Source of the DNA: Camelus ferus
Lineage: Eukaryota
Length of the DNA stretch: 64,000 nt
Direction of reading: 5' to 3'
Assembly: GCF_009834535.1 (NCBI RefSeq)
Contig: NC_045696.1
Location: 29,018,001-29,082,000, forward strand
The notes beneath the pieces are model-generated. The model saw only the letters and a list, made by a program, of their open reading frames with translations, did no database searches and was not told where the DNA came from. The position numbers and the translations under genes were made by a program. Positions 13,613 to 27,847 of this stretch are shown in pieces. Every line of letters starts with the position of its first letter. Within the stretch, counting starts at the first letter, position 1.

Positions 13613-14560
13613 TATCAATAGCAGCAACTCTAGCAAGCAGGCCCCCAGGACACTCACTGATTAGATGGTAAAGAAAGACTTCCCGGCTGGTAGGGGGTGA
13701 GATTATGATGATTCCTGGCAGAATCATTAAGACATTCATCTATGATGCATCAGGATAAAGTAAAGGTGGAAAGATATCCTTGTATTATGCACTTACAATT
13801 TTTAAAAAATTTTCCTTGCTTAGGTAACTGCTTTGGGAACTTTATTCCTTGACTTGTTAACCATTAACTGCTTTGTTAACTTCTTTTAGAAGTCAGGAAT
13901 AAGGAGAAATGACAAGGTCACTTCAATCAAGTATCAACTCAGGGAATGCTCTGAAATTCAGAAGTTCTGCATGGCAGTATTTAAAAAAAGATGCTTGACT
14001 CAATGATCTGGAGGTAGACTGAGGCAACCGGCTTGCTCATGGGTCTGAAAATGGAGTGCTGTTGCTCTCCAACTCTCCCCAGGAATATTCTGAGTTATGA
14101 GTGGCATATTTTGGTTGTTTTATTTTATAAAGAGGGAGGACTAGCCCCGAGATAAAAATACACATAAATGCCTTGACAGTAACAAATGCCTTTAATGGTT
14201 GATCAGGGGCCTTGGAAGATCTGATAAAAGGAGATTAGAGAAGAGACATGAATGGGGCTAGAGAAGTAGGCAAAAGTCATGTGCATTATTGTGTCTCATG
14301 TTAATGCCTACTGAGGTTCATTCACTGCACAAGAGGTACTTAACCAGTCAAGTGGACTGAAGAATCTTTACTTTAAAGAAAGGATCATTACTTCTCATCT
14401 TTCCCATTGTGTGTGTGATGAGCCCTTTAAAAGTGCATCAATTGTAGAAGGGATAAAGTATACGCGTTGGTTCAACAGCTTGGGGTCCTTCTACCCAAGT
14501 ACACCGCACTACTGATGCTGCTGAATATTCAATCTGTCATCAGCAAATATCAACTGATAT
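13613..14560 (+). mobile_element. ERVL internal remnant (ERV3-16A3_I-like): gag start, RNase H and integrase N-terminus, heavily deleted
   Basis: 14200-14360 resembles ERVL RNase H (WKI.DKE..., 'gtgtctcatgttaatgcc' = VSHVNA). 14440-14555 resembles the integrase zinc-finger region (YA.VQQLG...AAE..ICHQQ). Confidence 0.75.
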
Positions 14561-14574
14561 GTCACTTGCCCTTG

Positions 14575-15250
14575 TTATTAAACAAATAAGTAAAAATGCA
14601 TAATAATACGACAGGCGAGAATTGGTGTTACAAAGAGAAATGGCAGTATATGAGGATAGGGTCTGAGAGAGATGGATGTCTTTCTATATGATGAATAAGG
14701 ATTGCTTAGCAGATAAGGTAAGATTAAAGCAGAGATCTAATAGAATAAAGGGGAAAAGGAATATGGATATCTGGGGGAAGGAAATTTCAGTAAGTGAGAA
14801 ATTCAGGTTCAAAATTCCTGGGGCTAAAGCAGGCTCAGTGTTATGGAATGATAACCACGAGGCCAGTGTGGTTGCAGATCTGATACTCCTCACTTAGAGT
14901 ATTAAGATGCAAGGTCATAGTGGGAGGGATGATTTTAGGACCATTTATAAAATTCTAAGCTCATGATTATTATTATTATAAGTGAAATGAGAAGCCACTA
15001 GAGATTTTGAAAAGAGGAATCACAACATAAGTGACAATTCAAAAGGAACTCTCTGCAAGGAATGTCTCCTCCATGGGTTAATATTAATACCAGGAATATT
15101 AGATAAGAAACACCTATAAGAGACATAGAAACATGATCATGGCTTAGACTAGGTTAGTACAGGGAAAGGTGGTGAAGGGAAGTGGTCAAACTTTGGAGAT
15201 ATGTGCGTAAAGGCACACTCTTGCACACATCTGTAAAGGGGCTGACTAAG
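14575..15250 (-). mobile_element. L2 fragment
   Basis: Antisense L2 motifs 'agcagagatct', 'gaggccagtgtggttgcag', 'gagaagccactagagattttgaa', 'atggcttagactagg'. Confidence 0.8.
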
Positions 15251-16524
15251 TTAGAAAGGGGATTAGGAAGGATAAGTTCATAAGTCCTTTTTAACTTCCA
15301 AATTTCTTGCTCATTAATGTCAAAGACATTGATTAGAAAAACACATTTTGTTTCTCTGAATATTTAATTAGGAACCTTCTAACTTGGATTAAGTACACAT
15401 AAACATAAATACACATAGACATATGAATATGTGGAAATATATACCTCTTGATTAAACTCACAATTCATTTTCCTTCTATCTTTTGATTATATGTAAATAT
15501 TTAGCTAAATGAGATTTGTGACTTGGATCTTTTTTTCCTTCACATATCTCAGAGATTTCCTAAAATCTTACAGGTTTAAGTTAAGAATATTTGTTTTATG
15601 TTTGTATTTAATGCACATGTACTTTTGGAGGTTGCTTTTTATATTGCTATTTATATTTTAATATTTCTCCAAAAGGAAATATGGGAGAGGAGAAGACTTT
15701 TTAAATTTTAGAAGTTTCTGTTTAAAAAACAGAGGCAATCTTTTGTAACTTTTTGTAACTTTTGGGAGAGATTGCTTTTATGTCATGATTTCAACTGATG
15801 TGCCTGCAAAAAGCCTGCAACCTGGATACATCATCATGATGTGTGAGATGCCATGGTTGAGATGTGATTCATTACCACATAGACACATTGTCTTCAACTT
15901 TTACAATAATGTTTATTGAAAAGTGCATTCATTAAAAACAGCAACTCTCTTTCCTCAGTAATCATTTTTTTTCCCTTTGATGTTAACATTTATAGCCCTT
16001 TGCACTAGCTTTCTATTAGTATTTTCAACTGACACTTGAAATGACTTCCTTACAGAAAAGAGCCCAGGCACCATGGATACTAACCTCCATTCACCTTGGG
16101 GAGTTCACGGTGAGCTCTTGCATCTCAGAGTCTCTTCTGAGAGCTGCACATTCCTGGCCTCTCAAACCTCTTGGAGACTTCTGCCATTCCAGGTTCTCCC
16201 TGCTGATTTATTCTAGCCCTCCTCTGCAGCTGCCACATGTGTATTTTCTATCATTTCATGGTTTAGCAGATGGAGAGATTAAAAAATAATGAAATTTTAG
16301 AGTTAAACTCATCACAATAATGAAGTTTCACATAAATGCTCCTTCCACCAAAACACAATATGCTTAGTTGGCACACTGGTTGTGCAGTTAAAACACAGGA
16401 GATAAGCCAATCCTCAGTTCTGTGTGTATTACCTCAAGATATCCAAATACTACTTTGCAAGTCACTTTACCAATTTTTTCTCTTTATATACATATTATAG
16501 GGAAGTGAATATATTTTTATACAG

Positions 16525-16784
16525 GATGAATAAGGATGCCTTGTGGACAAGGTGAGATTAGAGCAGAGATCTAAAAGAAAAGAGGGAATAAAGAATATAG
16601 ATATCTAGAAAAAGAAATTTCAGGAAGTGAGAAATTCAAGTTCAAAGTCTTGGAGTTGATGTTAGTTCAGTGTGATGAAATAACAGCCAGGAGTTCAGCA
16701 TGGCTGGAACATCCAAATGAGGAAGAAAGATATGAGGTCTGAAACACAGTGGAAGAGATGATTATAAGACCATTTGTAAAATTC
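16525..16784 (-). mobile_element. L2 fragment closely paralleling 14690-14955
   Basis: Aligns by eye to 14690-14955 from 'gatgaataagga' to 'accattt.taaaattc'. Confidence 0.75.
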
Positions 16785-17019
16785 GGAGTTGTATGTGGGT
16801 ACTCATATATGTATGCATTATTACACATGTATTCATAATTATTTAGGTGATGCCTTAGATCAATGCTCATACTATTCAGAGAGACCCACAGGGTATGTGT
16901 GTAGGGTTGTATGTAGCATTGAGAAAAAAGACAACTTCTATTATTCCATTGCTCTGGTTCCTGATTTGTCACAGAAACAAAAGATTTTTTAGATGGGAAG
17001 AAGTGATAGATTGCATCCA

Positions 17020-17170
17020 AATTAAATGTTCAGTTTATAGATGAGAAAAACAAATCTCAAGGAGGTGAAATGACCTATCCAAGGACAGAAGGACAATTAC
17101 TGGCAGAGCAAGGATTAGAAACCAGATCCCTTGGATTTCAATTAAGCATATTTTGTCTACAATACCACAG
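17020..17170 (-). mobile_element. MIR SINE
   Basis: 'tttatagatgagaaaaacaaatctcaaggaggtgaaatgacctatccaagg...ggcagagcaaggattagaaaccag'. Confidence 0.85.
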
Positions 17171-20100
17171 TTATTAATTGATGAGGACGTTCAAAGACTA
17201 GCAAATAATGGTTCATCTCTGAAAAGATGTAAAATTTAAAGAAATAATTAATAGATGAAAATATCTATAATTTATTATTAGGAAAAATATGCAGCATGAA
17301 ACATACTTGTAAGGTCTTGAATTATGAACAAAACTGATCTTCTTAATAGTATCCTCAAATCTAAGCTAGTAAATCATAGTAACTACATTATAGATGTTTC
17401 AATAAGATTTACTTGAGAGGGATAACCCCGGTTTTACAAAGGAGCTGAGAGGATGTTTCAGATCAATATATTCCCTCAGGCTAACATTACATCTACTGGG
17501 CAAACTTCAAGACTTTTCTCAAACATCAGAGATGAGGAATGTGAATTATTGACCAGAGGAATAATGATTACTTACCACAGCTCTCCACTCCTTCAAAGAC
17601 AAAGAGTTTCTCTGGATAAGACATAAACATTAATAAAAGCTTTTGTTCAGGAAACAGTGCTAAAATCAGAAAAGGGTGAAGAAACTGGACCTCTATACTG
17701 GAGTTAGCCTAAGAGAAAGCAGAAATACATGGGCTATGCTGAAAGGATGACAAATCTCAGGAATCAAGTACGAACCATTTATGAAGAATAGAAATCCTAC
17801 TGAAGACGGTAGGAAAAGCAGAAACAAAGCCTTGGAGGTCCAAGCAAAAGGGACATAAAATTAAAGGAATACTTCAAACACACATTTTGGGTAAGACTGA
17901 AAAAAAAAAAAGAGAAAGTGAAAAATAAGTCCATTAAAAGTATTCAGAATGCACACAGAGCAAAATGCCTCTTTCACCCCTATGCATTCCATCCATCTGA
18001 ATCCCTTTAGTTTTAGTTTAAAGGAGGTACTTATTTCAGAAATTCAATATGATTGAAAGATAATATAAAGTCCAGAAATGAAGATCTTCGCATTTACATG
18101 GACTCATTATCCTTTTCTTCCATAACTGCTGAAGAATTGTTCATTCGTTGCCTTGGGAAATATGCGAATCTCGTACCTTACTCTTGGACATAGTCTTAAA
18201 GGGGCCTAATGTTTGAAATTGTGCAACCTAATCCCTGCATGACTTATATTAGGTGACCCTGAACATCCGAAATAACTTTAAAATTCAAAGCCATTCTATT
18301 ACCTTCCTTTAAACTGGGGGTTGGTAACAGATATTAAAGTTGTCTTTCACACGCCTATGTCATAAAATAGTTGTTTTACCCACCCTTTAGGGGAAATATT
18401 TCAAGCACATTTGCATGCATTCTGTTTCCTAGGTTAAATGGTCACTCTGAAAATTTGACACAGTAAATTACTGAAATCCTTAACATATCTGTTGAATTTC
18501 CTTAAAACCACTTAGTAAACATATCCGATATATGCATACTGGTCAAAATGGAAACTCAGTCCATGATTATCACACAGCAACATATGAGTAAGAATGATGT
18601 GCTGGCTTAGGAGCTGCATTAGGTTGTCCCACTCCTGCATCCATAACCTGGTTTTCCTCCTGTATTAGACACGAGTCCTCGATGTAAGATCATACAGATT
18701 CTGATTTGGTATAAATGAATTTTCTAGCTGCCGTGAAGCTATTGCAAAAATTCCTGAGGTTTTCTTCTCAAACATTTTGAACCATCTTTTTTTTTTTTAA
18801 GTTTTGCTTTGGTTGAAAAATTACCTCTCAAAAAAACTAGCATGTAAGTTGTTAGAATTGTTTGTATTAACAATTCTAGACCTAGAGTAAGTGTGCATTA
18901 AGTGCTATTAAAAAAGAGTGAAACTAAGGCAAAATTTATTGCTTAGAAAAGTATTTTCATTAATCATAAGCCATTAATTAGTAAGCCATTTGATTATTGG
19001 TGGGGAAAGAGTTTTTCAAAGATAACTGGGCAATTATGTCCTTGGGACTAGAAAGGAGAAGATTCAGCGGCTGTAATCATTAGATAGAGGACCAGATATT
19101 TCATAGTTTCTGAGCCACAACATCTAGGGAGTAAAAACACAGGCAGTAAGAGAGTAAAAATAAAGTTCAATAATACCAACAAGGAACATTCCCTTGGCCC
19201 AAGCCTTCCTGCTAAATTGTAAGTTTTGCCTGGTTTCAAATGTCCTCCCAGAGAATTCTAGGACTTCTTGGGAGGCGGTTCACCAGTGCTCATTGGAGGA
19301 CTTCTGTTACAATCCTGTGGCATGCTAACCGTCTCTAATCCTACTCATGTATCTCTAGTACACTCAGTTCTTTCTCCTGGGCATTCTGCAAACACCTGCC
19401 AAACTCTGAGACTGACAATGCTTAATGTGCAGGGCACTGACGTCTGCCTTGAGCCATCGTTTCAAGCTACAGCCAAAGTAGCTGGCAACACCTTGCTATT
19501 GCTGCAGAAGCTTTTGGCACCATAACCATGGCTGCTTTGTGCTCTCAAGGTCCCAAGATGTTTGAGCTTTTACTCAATTGTTAATTACAGGCCTTAAAGA
19601 CTCAAACATAAACCTAAGGGGGATGGAGGGAAGGAAACTCTGAATGACTAACTCAACTCTGATGTAGAATCATTTCTCCTCTCTTATGCTGGTACTTGAA
19701 CCAAATTTTTTTCAACCATTTTTTCTTAACTGAAATCATATTTTCCCCCCAAAATTCTACACTGCATTCTCTAGAAATGTCTGAATGCATGAGAAAGTTA
19801 AACTCAAGAATGTCAGCTCTAAGGAAGAGAAAATCTAAAAAGAATTAGTAAGGTGTATAAAAATCAAAAGAAATCTCAACTTTTAGCAACTGGAAGTAGT
19901 TACAGAAAAAAAAAAATCCAAATTGAAAGAACCATTTCTGGATAAGTAATTTCACCTCCGTAGCCTTTGAAACAAAAGAAGCTATAAAAATTCTGTACAA
20001 ATTGTTCTACACATTTTACCTAAAAGAAACAAGTAAATTACAAAAACATTTAAATCCAAATTTGTTTATAAAAATTAAAATTTATTTAGTACTGCATGGA

Positions 20101-20679
20101 AAATAATTATTAGTTAAAAAAAAACGTTAAATTTATGTTTTCACTAATCACAAAGCATCAGTTGTGAACCTGAGAATCAATTATATTATGCTAGAGTTAT
20201 GGTTTTAGTTAAAAAGTTTTCCATATGGAAAAGTCAAAATTCCTGATGTACATGACTTCCATTCTGAAAAATGCTATTGCTTGAAACTAAGTCCTAAGGC
20301 TAGTATTTGCAAGACTCATGGGACACAACACATAAGAAACAGCTTTAACTGGGTTCCTCACTGCCTTATTCAATCTGCTTGTGGAAAATTTACTTTGACC
20401 CAAGATGAGAACTTGGGAAAATCCCTTGATTCCTTTGGCAGTTTTTGTTTTGTTTTGTTTTATGTGTTTGATTGTTTGGTAACTCAGAGTTCTAGTGTCA
20501 AATTAAATCATGAACACAGCCTTAATAATTAAAATACTAGCCCCAGAAATTAATTAATTCATGAATTTAAAGTTAAGATTCTCTCCTCTGTGATCTGAGG
20601 TTCCCGACGACTAAATGTACCCTAGGTAAAGGGGTCATTTTGAACTGCTTCTAATTTTCTCCCTCTGGCATTTCTGTCT

Positions 20680-22100
20680 TTTTAATCATCCTTGCTACAA
20701 GTTGATAAATTTTATTAACCTTTAAAGAGAACAAATTTCAGCTTTGCGATTTTTGTATGTTACTTGCACAATTGATTTCCACTCATGTTATCATTTTCTC
20801 CCTTCTACTTACTTTTAGTTTACAATATAGTTGGTCTTCATGTCTAGAATCTAATGTTGGAATCTTAGATTCTTATTTTCTAGTATAAGCACTTTAATTT
20901 GTAAGATTTAAAGCTAATATATGCCTTTTTTCCTAAATGCTAGTTTGGATAGATCCATAAATACATAGATGGATACACAGATGCATAGATAGATATCCCA
21001 CAAGGTTTGCTATGCTGTGATTTTAGTTTCATTCAGTTTAAACTGTTTTCTAATCTACCTTGCTTCTTACAGGATCTATGGGATATTTAGAATTATTTAA
21101 CTTTATGCCCACATATTTGGGAGCCCCTAGACACCTTCTTGTATTGCTTTCTAATTTAATTCAGTTGTGGTCAAAAAAATATATCCTGTACAATTTAAAT
21201 TCTTTGAAATGTATTTAGACTTCTTTCAGGCTCTTACATATTACCTATTTTATTTAGTTTTCTATGTGTATTAGGAAAGCAAAGTATATCTGCATGAGTT
21301 GAGTACAGTGCTGTATAGTTGCATATGGGGAGATCAGTTAGGTCAAGGTGGTTGATAATGCTGTCAGAACTTTTGCACTTTTATTGATATTTGTCTTCTT
21401 ATTCTAATTCCTGAGAGATGAGTATTTAAATCTTAATTTTACTTGTGTTTTTGTTCCATTTGTTCTGCCACTTTTTCCTTTATGTGCACTTAAGCTGCAT
21501 GATTATTGGATAAATATTAGGGATTATTATCTTTTTTTCTAAATAAATGGACCCTCTTTGTGAAGTTTCATTCTGTAAAGATTTGTGCTTTGTTTTTCCC
21601 AGCGTTTTCACTATGATGAGTTTATGTATGTTTTTCTAGGTATTTCTTATGCTTGGGGTTTACTGAGCTTCTTGGATACCTGTGAGTTAGCTTGAATTCA
21701 AATTTAAAAAATAATTGGCTTATTTCAACACACACACTCTCTCATCCTTTCTTTTGGATTCCTAATTGTATAATAATGAACACTTGATATAACTGACACC
21801 CCACATGTCAATGATATTATCTTTTTTCTCTTTACTCTTGAATTAGTAGCTGTGTTCTTTTATAGTAACCACTACTTTAATTTTTAATATAATAAATATT
21901 GTATTTTTGCTCTTCTAAATTTCATTTGATTCTTTTATTTAATGTCCTCCTTCTCTGTTATTTCTGTTGTTGAATAATCTGACATCTGTTCCCATTGACT
22001 ATGTTTTCTCTTGATTGTGGTTCCAATTTGCCTGCTTCTTTGTGTATTTTATGTATCTTTAAAATTATATCCCATAAACTGCGTAAAAGGAAAGTAGTGA
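20680..22100 (-). mobile_element. Old L1 (L1M/L1ME) ORF2-to-ORF1 fragments
   Basis: Antisense L1 motifs 'atcccacaaggtttgctatgctgtgattttagtttcattcag', 'ttctaatttaattcagttgtggtcaaa', 'gcttggggtttactgagcttcttggat'. Confidence 0.8.
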
Positions 22101-23629
22101 ATAATTCATAATCTTTCTTTCAGTTATTTCCTACAGAGTGAAAGTTCTTTCCCCTATCCATTAGTTACAATCACGGTCACTCAGATCCTCCAAGAATAAA
22201 ATTGAACTGACTGTGACATTAGCTACAATTGTATTAAGTTTACCTGTGATCAACATCCAGTTATCTGCGCCATCATTACTTTTAGAATGTCAATATTTGA
22301 GTTAGATAAGAGTGGTTGACTATAATTCTGCCTGTGACTTGGCTGATTTCTCCTCATCCCTGCAGAGTCTCCCCATCTGTGACAAGTCTGCTTCTCTAAA
22401 TAACTTTGCCCAGTATAAGTACCCACATACAGTGTAAGAGCTGCCACAAGTCTTTGCCCACTTTTAAGGGCTCCTTTCTCTCTGTAATTCATGCTACTGA
22501 AGTTTCCTGGCATTCTACCACTCTTTGTTAGCTGTATAGAAAAATATGATCTTAAAAAAACCTTGCATGTTCATCTTATTGCTACCATAAACAAACGTAG
22601 CAATGATCTTCTAATTTCCCCATTCTATCTAGAAATCAAAATTCCTCTTTGTCACCTCTATTTTTTCTCTTGTCTTGCTAACTGAAATTTCTGGCCCTTT
22701 CTGTGTTGGAGTAAAAAGAAGAGGACAGAGGATGTAATGCACAGGAATTCCTACAAGATCGATAATGTCACAAATGACTTTATGCTCTGTGATCTCATAG
22801 ATCTATAACATTTCTTTTTTATTTGAAGTGTTCCTTTCTAGGCCAATCACACATTCACGCTGTCACTCTCGTATGTTTCTTCAACATCTAATCACAACAC
22901 AGCTTTTGAGGTATTGATTTACAATTGGTCTTGTTTTTCTCTGACAGAGAACTTTTTAATCAGGATCTTTTTAAAAGTGACCCCATGAGACAGTCCCACC
23001 ATGGTTTCCATATCTGTCTTCAGGGAATTATACAGCCTTGATTTACCATGAAAGGAGGGAAGGCATGGGGTGAAATGGATTGTCACCATTCAGAACCACC
23101 TTCTCCTTCTCACCAATTACTTAAATCAGGGTTTTTTTTTTTTTTCCTTTAAGCTTTTTAATTGTCTGTGCTTCAAAACATAAAGGAAGAATGCTTGTAA
23201 GTACAGATCTTATCTGTCTGTTTTAAATGCACCTATTTATAATGAAGCCATCTACCAGCATTTGAATTTCACCTAATGTTTATGTTTTAAAGATTTGGCC
23301 ATGAATAAGCATTATTTCAAATAGTTAATCCCAAAGTTATCTTGATATTACTCTATATTGAGAAAGCATTGATGCTAATCAACCAGTACACAACATCTGT
23401 TCTATTTATGAAGAAAGCCATTTACCTCTCTTCACCTATTCTCGAGTTTGAGTATGTTTCAAAAAATATTTATGATAAAGTCAGTATGATTTGTAGCTTT
23501 TTAAGATGATATTAATACTGGAATCTAGCAGCTCTTGCATTTGGAAATGTTTCTGCCTTGTTCCTTTGCTGACATACTCACATGGAACATGGAAGAATTT
23601 AGAATTACAGAACTAGTAAGAAATAATGG

Positions 23630-25885
23630 GAAAATTTTTTTTCCAATGGCAATAACTGAGTATATATTCTAACAGACTCTATAGATAAAAACAACTAAAT
23701 AGCCTGCATAAAAAGGAAAATAAGTATATCTATGATCCAGTAAGAAGTCAGGAATATTTGGAGGCCAAATACATTTGTTAGATATTCTAAAATATTTTCC
23801 TTGAAACTTGGTTAGATTAAGCTGAAAACAATTTTCTGACAATTTTTAAACATAAATTCACACTATCTGGGTATTCTTAAGAACAATAAGCTATAAATAA
23901 ATGCAAAACCTCTCTTCAACCATGGCCTTAGGATATTTCCACAGAAATTATTTCAAGAATCATAAGCTCATAGTTACAAATCGAAAAAATATATATATAT
24001 ATATGCAATAGACCATTAGTGAAAGTCAAAAAATTTAAATGAAACAGAATCAGACATGCAAGTATTTTAGATATCTGAATTAATAGATTCAGAACATATA
24101 ATAATTATATATAAAAATACTGAAAAATAAAATAAGGATAAAACTATTAGTAACAGGCAAGAAAATTTTAAAATAAAGAAATTTTTAGATACACCCAAGT
24201 GGGATTTACTGAACTAAAGATATATCTAAAGAAATTATTCAGAATTTTATAGTGAAAGATAAATAAATGGGAATCGCAGAAATGTTAATGCATGTTTCTC
24301 AAAGTAGAAGAGAGAGTAGGAATATGAAGGAACCAATATCGAAGGCACTTGAGAAAAACCCAAAGCAGTTAGAAACTAGGGAAGCTTCAAACCACGAAAG
24401 GAAGGAAACACATTGGATGATGTTAATATTTTAGTTCAGTTTTTACCTTAAGGGAACTACTTAGCCTAAGGCATATAGAGAAGAGAGTTTAATTAGAAAA
24501 AAGCAGTCTTACTGACATGGGGGATCAGAAGTCAGAATTTCAGTCTGCGGAAACAGTTAAAAAAATAAAGAGCCAGTATTCAGCCAAGGAGGAAGGGAAG
24601 AGTGGGACCTTCCAAATCTATGTGCACACTCCCCTTAGTTTGAACTGCCTAAGTGTAAGGTGAAAGTCCCACTCAAGGGGAAAAAAAAAAAAAAAGATAA
24701 TTGGTTTTAACGCTGAGAAATTATTTAAGTAGCTGCTTAACATTGGGAATCCAGATTTTAGAGTTCAATTCTTGAGAAGTAAGAGGTGTTTGACTTAATC
24801 ATTCCATTAAAGTCCCTGGATATGGCCACAATTTAAGAATAAGAACTGTATCCTCAGACTAAGGTTTTGACCCTAAGAATATGGGCAAAATTGAAACCTA
24901 CCCTCTCTAATAAAATTTAAAACCAAGCTTATACAAGGTCAAGGTTAGCTGTAAGTAATTTAATGCAACTCAACATGTAACAGAGAAAGTTAATAGAGTC
25001 CAGATTCACCACATATATCATCTGCAATGTCCAATATACAACAAAAAGATACTAGAGATTCTTTAAAACGGAAAAAAAACTATAGTAAATAGAGAAAAGT
25101 CAGTAGAAATAGACTAACAGACAATCCAAATGATAGAATAGTATGCAAAGACTTTAAAGTAATTATAATAAATATATTAAAGAAACTTTAGGAAAAGTGA
25201 AAAAATAATTAGGGGAGGGCTTGAGCAAGATATAAAATCTCTTAAAATTAACCAAGTGAAAATTCTAAAAATAAGAACTACAATATTTAACATTAAACAT
25301 TAATTGAATGGGAATATCAGTGTTGGTAACAACAAGAGAAAGATTAGTGAAGTTGGGGAGAAGTCAACATACATCATCCAAACCTAAATTTATTTTAAAA
25401 AATAAACAAAGCCCTGTGATCTGTGGGTATCAAGCAGGCAATCATATATGTAATTAGAATTCCAGAAGGAAAGAAGAGATAAAATGGGGCTGAAAAAAAT
25501 TCAGAGATATTGGCTGAAATTTTCCAAATCGAGTTCAAAATATCAAATTGATCCAAAAAATCTCAGCAGACTTTAAGCAGAATGAATATAATGAACACCA
25601 GAAAGAGATATGTCACAGTTCTATTACTAAAAGTCGACCCTAAAGAGAAAAATCTTAAAAATGCCAATAAAAGAACACATTACCTACCAGGAAACAATGG
25701 TAAGAATGGCAGTAGAAGATCTGATCGTGTACAGTGGTAATACATACACAGCAAAATAATTTGAAATTTTGAAATGTAATTTTCAATATGATATTCCATT
25801 CTAACTATATTAAAAGTTAATTTAAAAGCAAATTCCAGAACTGGGAATAAAAGGGTCCTTACTAGGATAACGCTGTAAAAACAAA
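23630..25885 (+). mobile_element. Old L1 5' region/ORF1 remnants
   Basis: ORF1-like 'gaaagattagtgaagttgg', 'atatatgtaattagaattccagaagga', 'gagatattggctgaaattttccaaat', 'aaagagaaaaatcttaaaa'. Degenerate and probably composite. Confidence 0.75.
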
Positions 25886-25887
25886 TA

Positions 25888-26204
25888 TGGTTGGCCCTCT
25901 GTATCTATGGTTTCCACATCTGCAGATGCAATCAACTCTGGATTGAAAATCTCTGGGAAAAAATAATTCCAAATAGTTTCAGAAAGTAAAACTTGAAGTT
26001 TCTGCATGCCAGCAACTATTTACATAGCATTTACATTGCATTCTGTATTATAAGTAATCAAGAGATAATTTAAAGTATGGAGAATGTGGGTAGGTTGTGT
26101 GCAAATATTATGTCATTTTATATAAGGGACCTGAGCACCTGCAGATTTGGGCACTCATGGGCTGATTCTGGAACCAATCCTCTGTGGATACTGAGGGACT
26201 GCTC
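25888..26204 (-). mobile_element. MER2 (TcMar-Tigger MITE)
   Basis: Matches MER2 ('actatttacatagcatttacattg', 'cattttatataagggac', 'ggaaccaatcctctgtggatactgaggga'). Imperfect TIRs with flanking TA dinucleotides. Confidence 0.9.
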
Positions 26205-27049
26205 TATTTCATTTGCAGATTAAGCATATCATTAGAATTTAAATCTACCGACATAATCATATAATGGAAGGCAAATTCCTATTACTTTCCATGTTTTATA
26301 ACAGAATATTATGAAATATATATGTACATAAAAGATATAATTAGTTTTGTTTATGTGATGGTTTTAAAATATAACCCTTATTAAACTGGAAATGCATGAT
26401 CTTAGTTTTAAGTATTGTCAAATCCACAAAGTAGTTATCATTGAACAAACCAATGAAGGTGGTTGGAATGACTTTAGATATAAGACTATTCAATATTTCT
26501 ATATTTATTTGGTAGGAAAAATGACAATGTGCTTATTAAGTTTTTGTATTTCACTACAATTGAGATTTCTAAGACTTTACGGTGGGAAATGACGCTATTA
26601 AAAGTCAATAAGTGTTCCATTATAATTTAGGATAATTATGAAATTCATAAAGTTAAATGACTATATATGTTTTTCTTAATTTAAAGTAAAGAATTTTGTG
26701 TGGTGAGATCTAGATATACCTCAACAGAATCAGAAGTGCCATCTGTGAAATAAATAAATGAAATAATGGTGAATATTAAGCAACAAAAAATGAAATATAT
26801 TACCAATATAAATTAATCTCTTTCTTTTATTCAAATATCATCTCAAAATCATATTTTGTCAAATCAGTATATATATGTGCAAAGAAAAGATTACAGTATG
26901 TTTAAAAAACATCTGATTATACAGTCAATGAAAATTAACAGAAATGAGACTATTTAATACTGTGTAACTATCTCAAAGATGTCAATAATCAGTTCAACTT
27001 TACGTGGCTATTTTGAAAAAGACAAAATAAAATTAATCAATAGAGGCTT

Positions 27050-27320
27050 GGACTGCATATAGTAAGCAGCACTACTAGTAGTAATAGATGTACAAGTTGT
27101 TGCAGTGAATACTTACTGAGCATTTTTATGTATCTCAGTCCTAAATAATTTCAATACATTAGCCTATTTAATTACTAGAATATTGCAGATATATGTCATA
27201 CAATTTTTCTCATTTACTAGATGAGAAGATTTAAGCCAAGAAAGGCTAAGTACCTTGCCCAAGGTAACACTGAGTAAGCAGCAGACTGAATTTACAGACA
27301 CAGCTGTAAACCATAATGTA
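27050..27320 (-). mobile_element. MIR SINE
   Basis: 'acttactgagcattttt...catttactagatgagaagatttaagcc...taagtaccttgcccaaggtaacac'. Confidence 0.8.
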
Positions 27321-27847
27321 ATGGGAATATAATGTTTGGATTTTCCTTCAATCTGAACACTCTGTACTAGAGTGTATTATATTTTGTTTTCTGTAAGACA
27401 AGAAATTGAATTACATTCTCTCTTATGTTTCCTAGATACTTATGTTTACATTGAAAAATATGAAACATACAGTTCAACTCGGAAGAATTTATTAAATGCC
27501 TTCTCTGTCCAGGGAAGTGTGCAATTTGATCCAGTAGGTGTTTTACTTGATCTTGTGTTACTCATCTATTTTATATATCAGAAGGGAAACAAAACCCAAA
27601 TAGAAGTATTGAATAAGATAGCTTTTATAGTTTTTACAGAATCATTCCTACTTTCTTGCATAAGTAGTGCATTCCTGAGAAAGTACTTGAAAGTATAATA
27701 CAAAAATCAAGTTCCCAAGGAGTTGGGAAATATTATAAAAACTTTTAAAGACAAACAGCTTGGATTTTATTCCACATAAGTGTAATCCACTTGAGATAAT
27801 GAAGCTTTATATGAGGCAGCATACAACATTGTTTTTAGAGCTCAGAT

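Noticed and set aside
20217..20232. 16-bp perfect palindrome ttttccatatggaaaa (and a 10-bp-stem hairpin at 18853-18878)
   Set aside because: Short AT-rich palindromes are expected by chance in 64 kb, and there is no supporting context.
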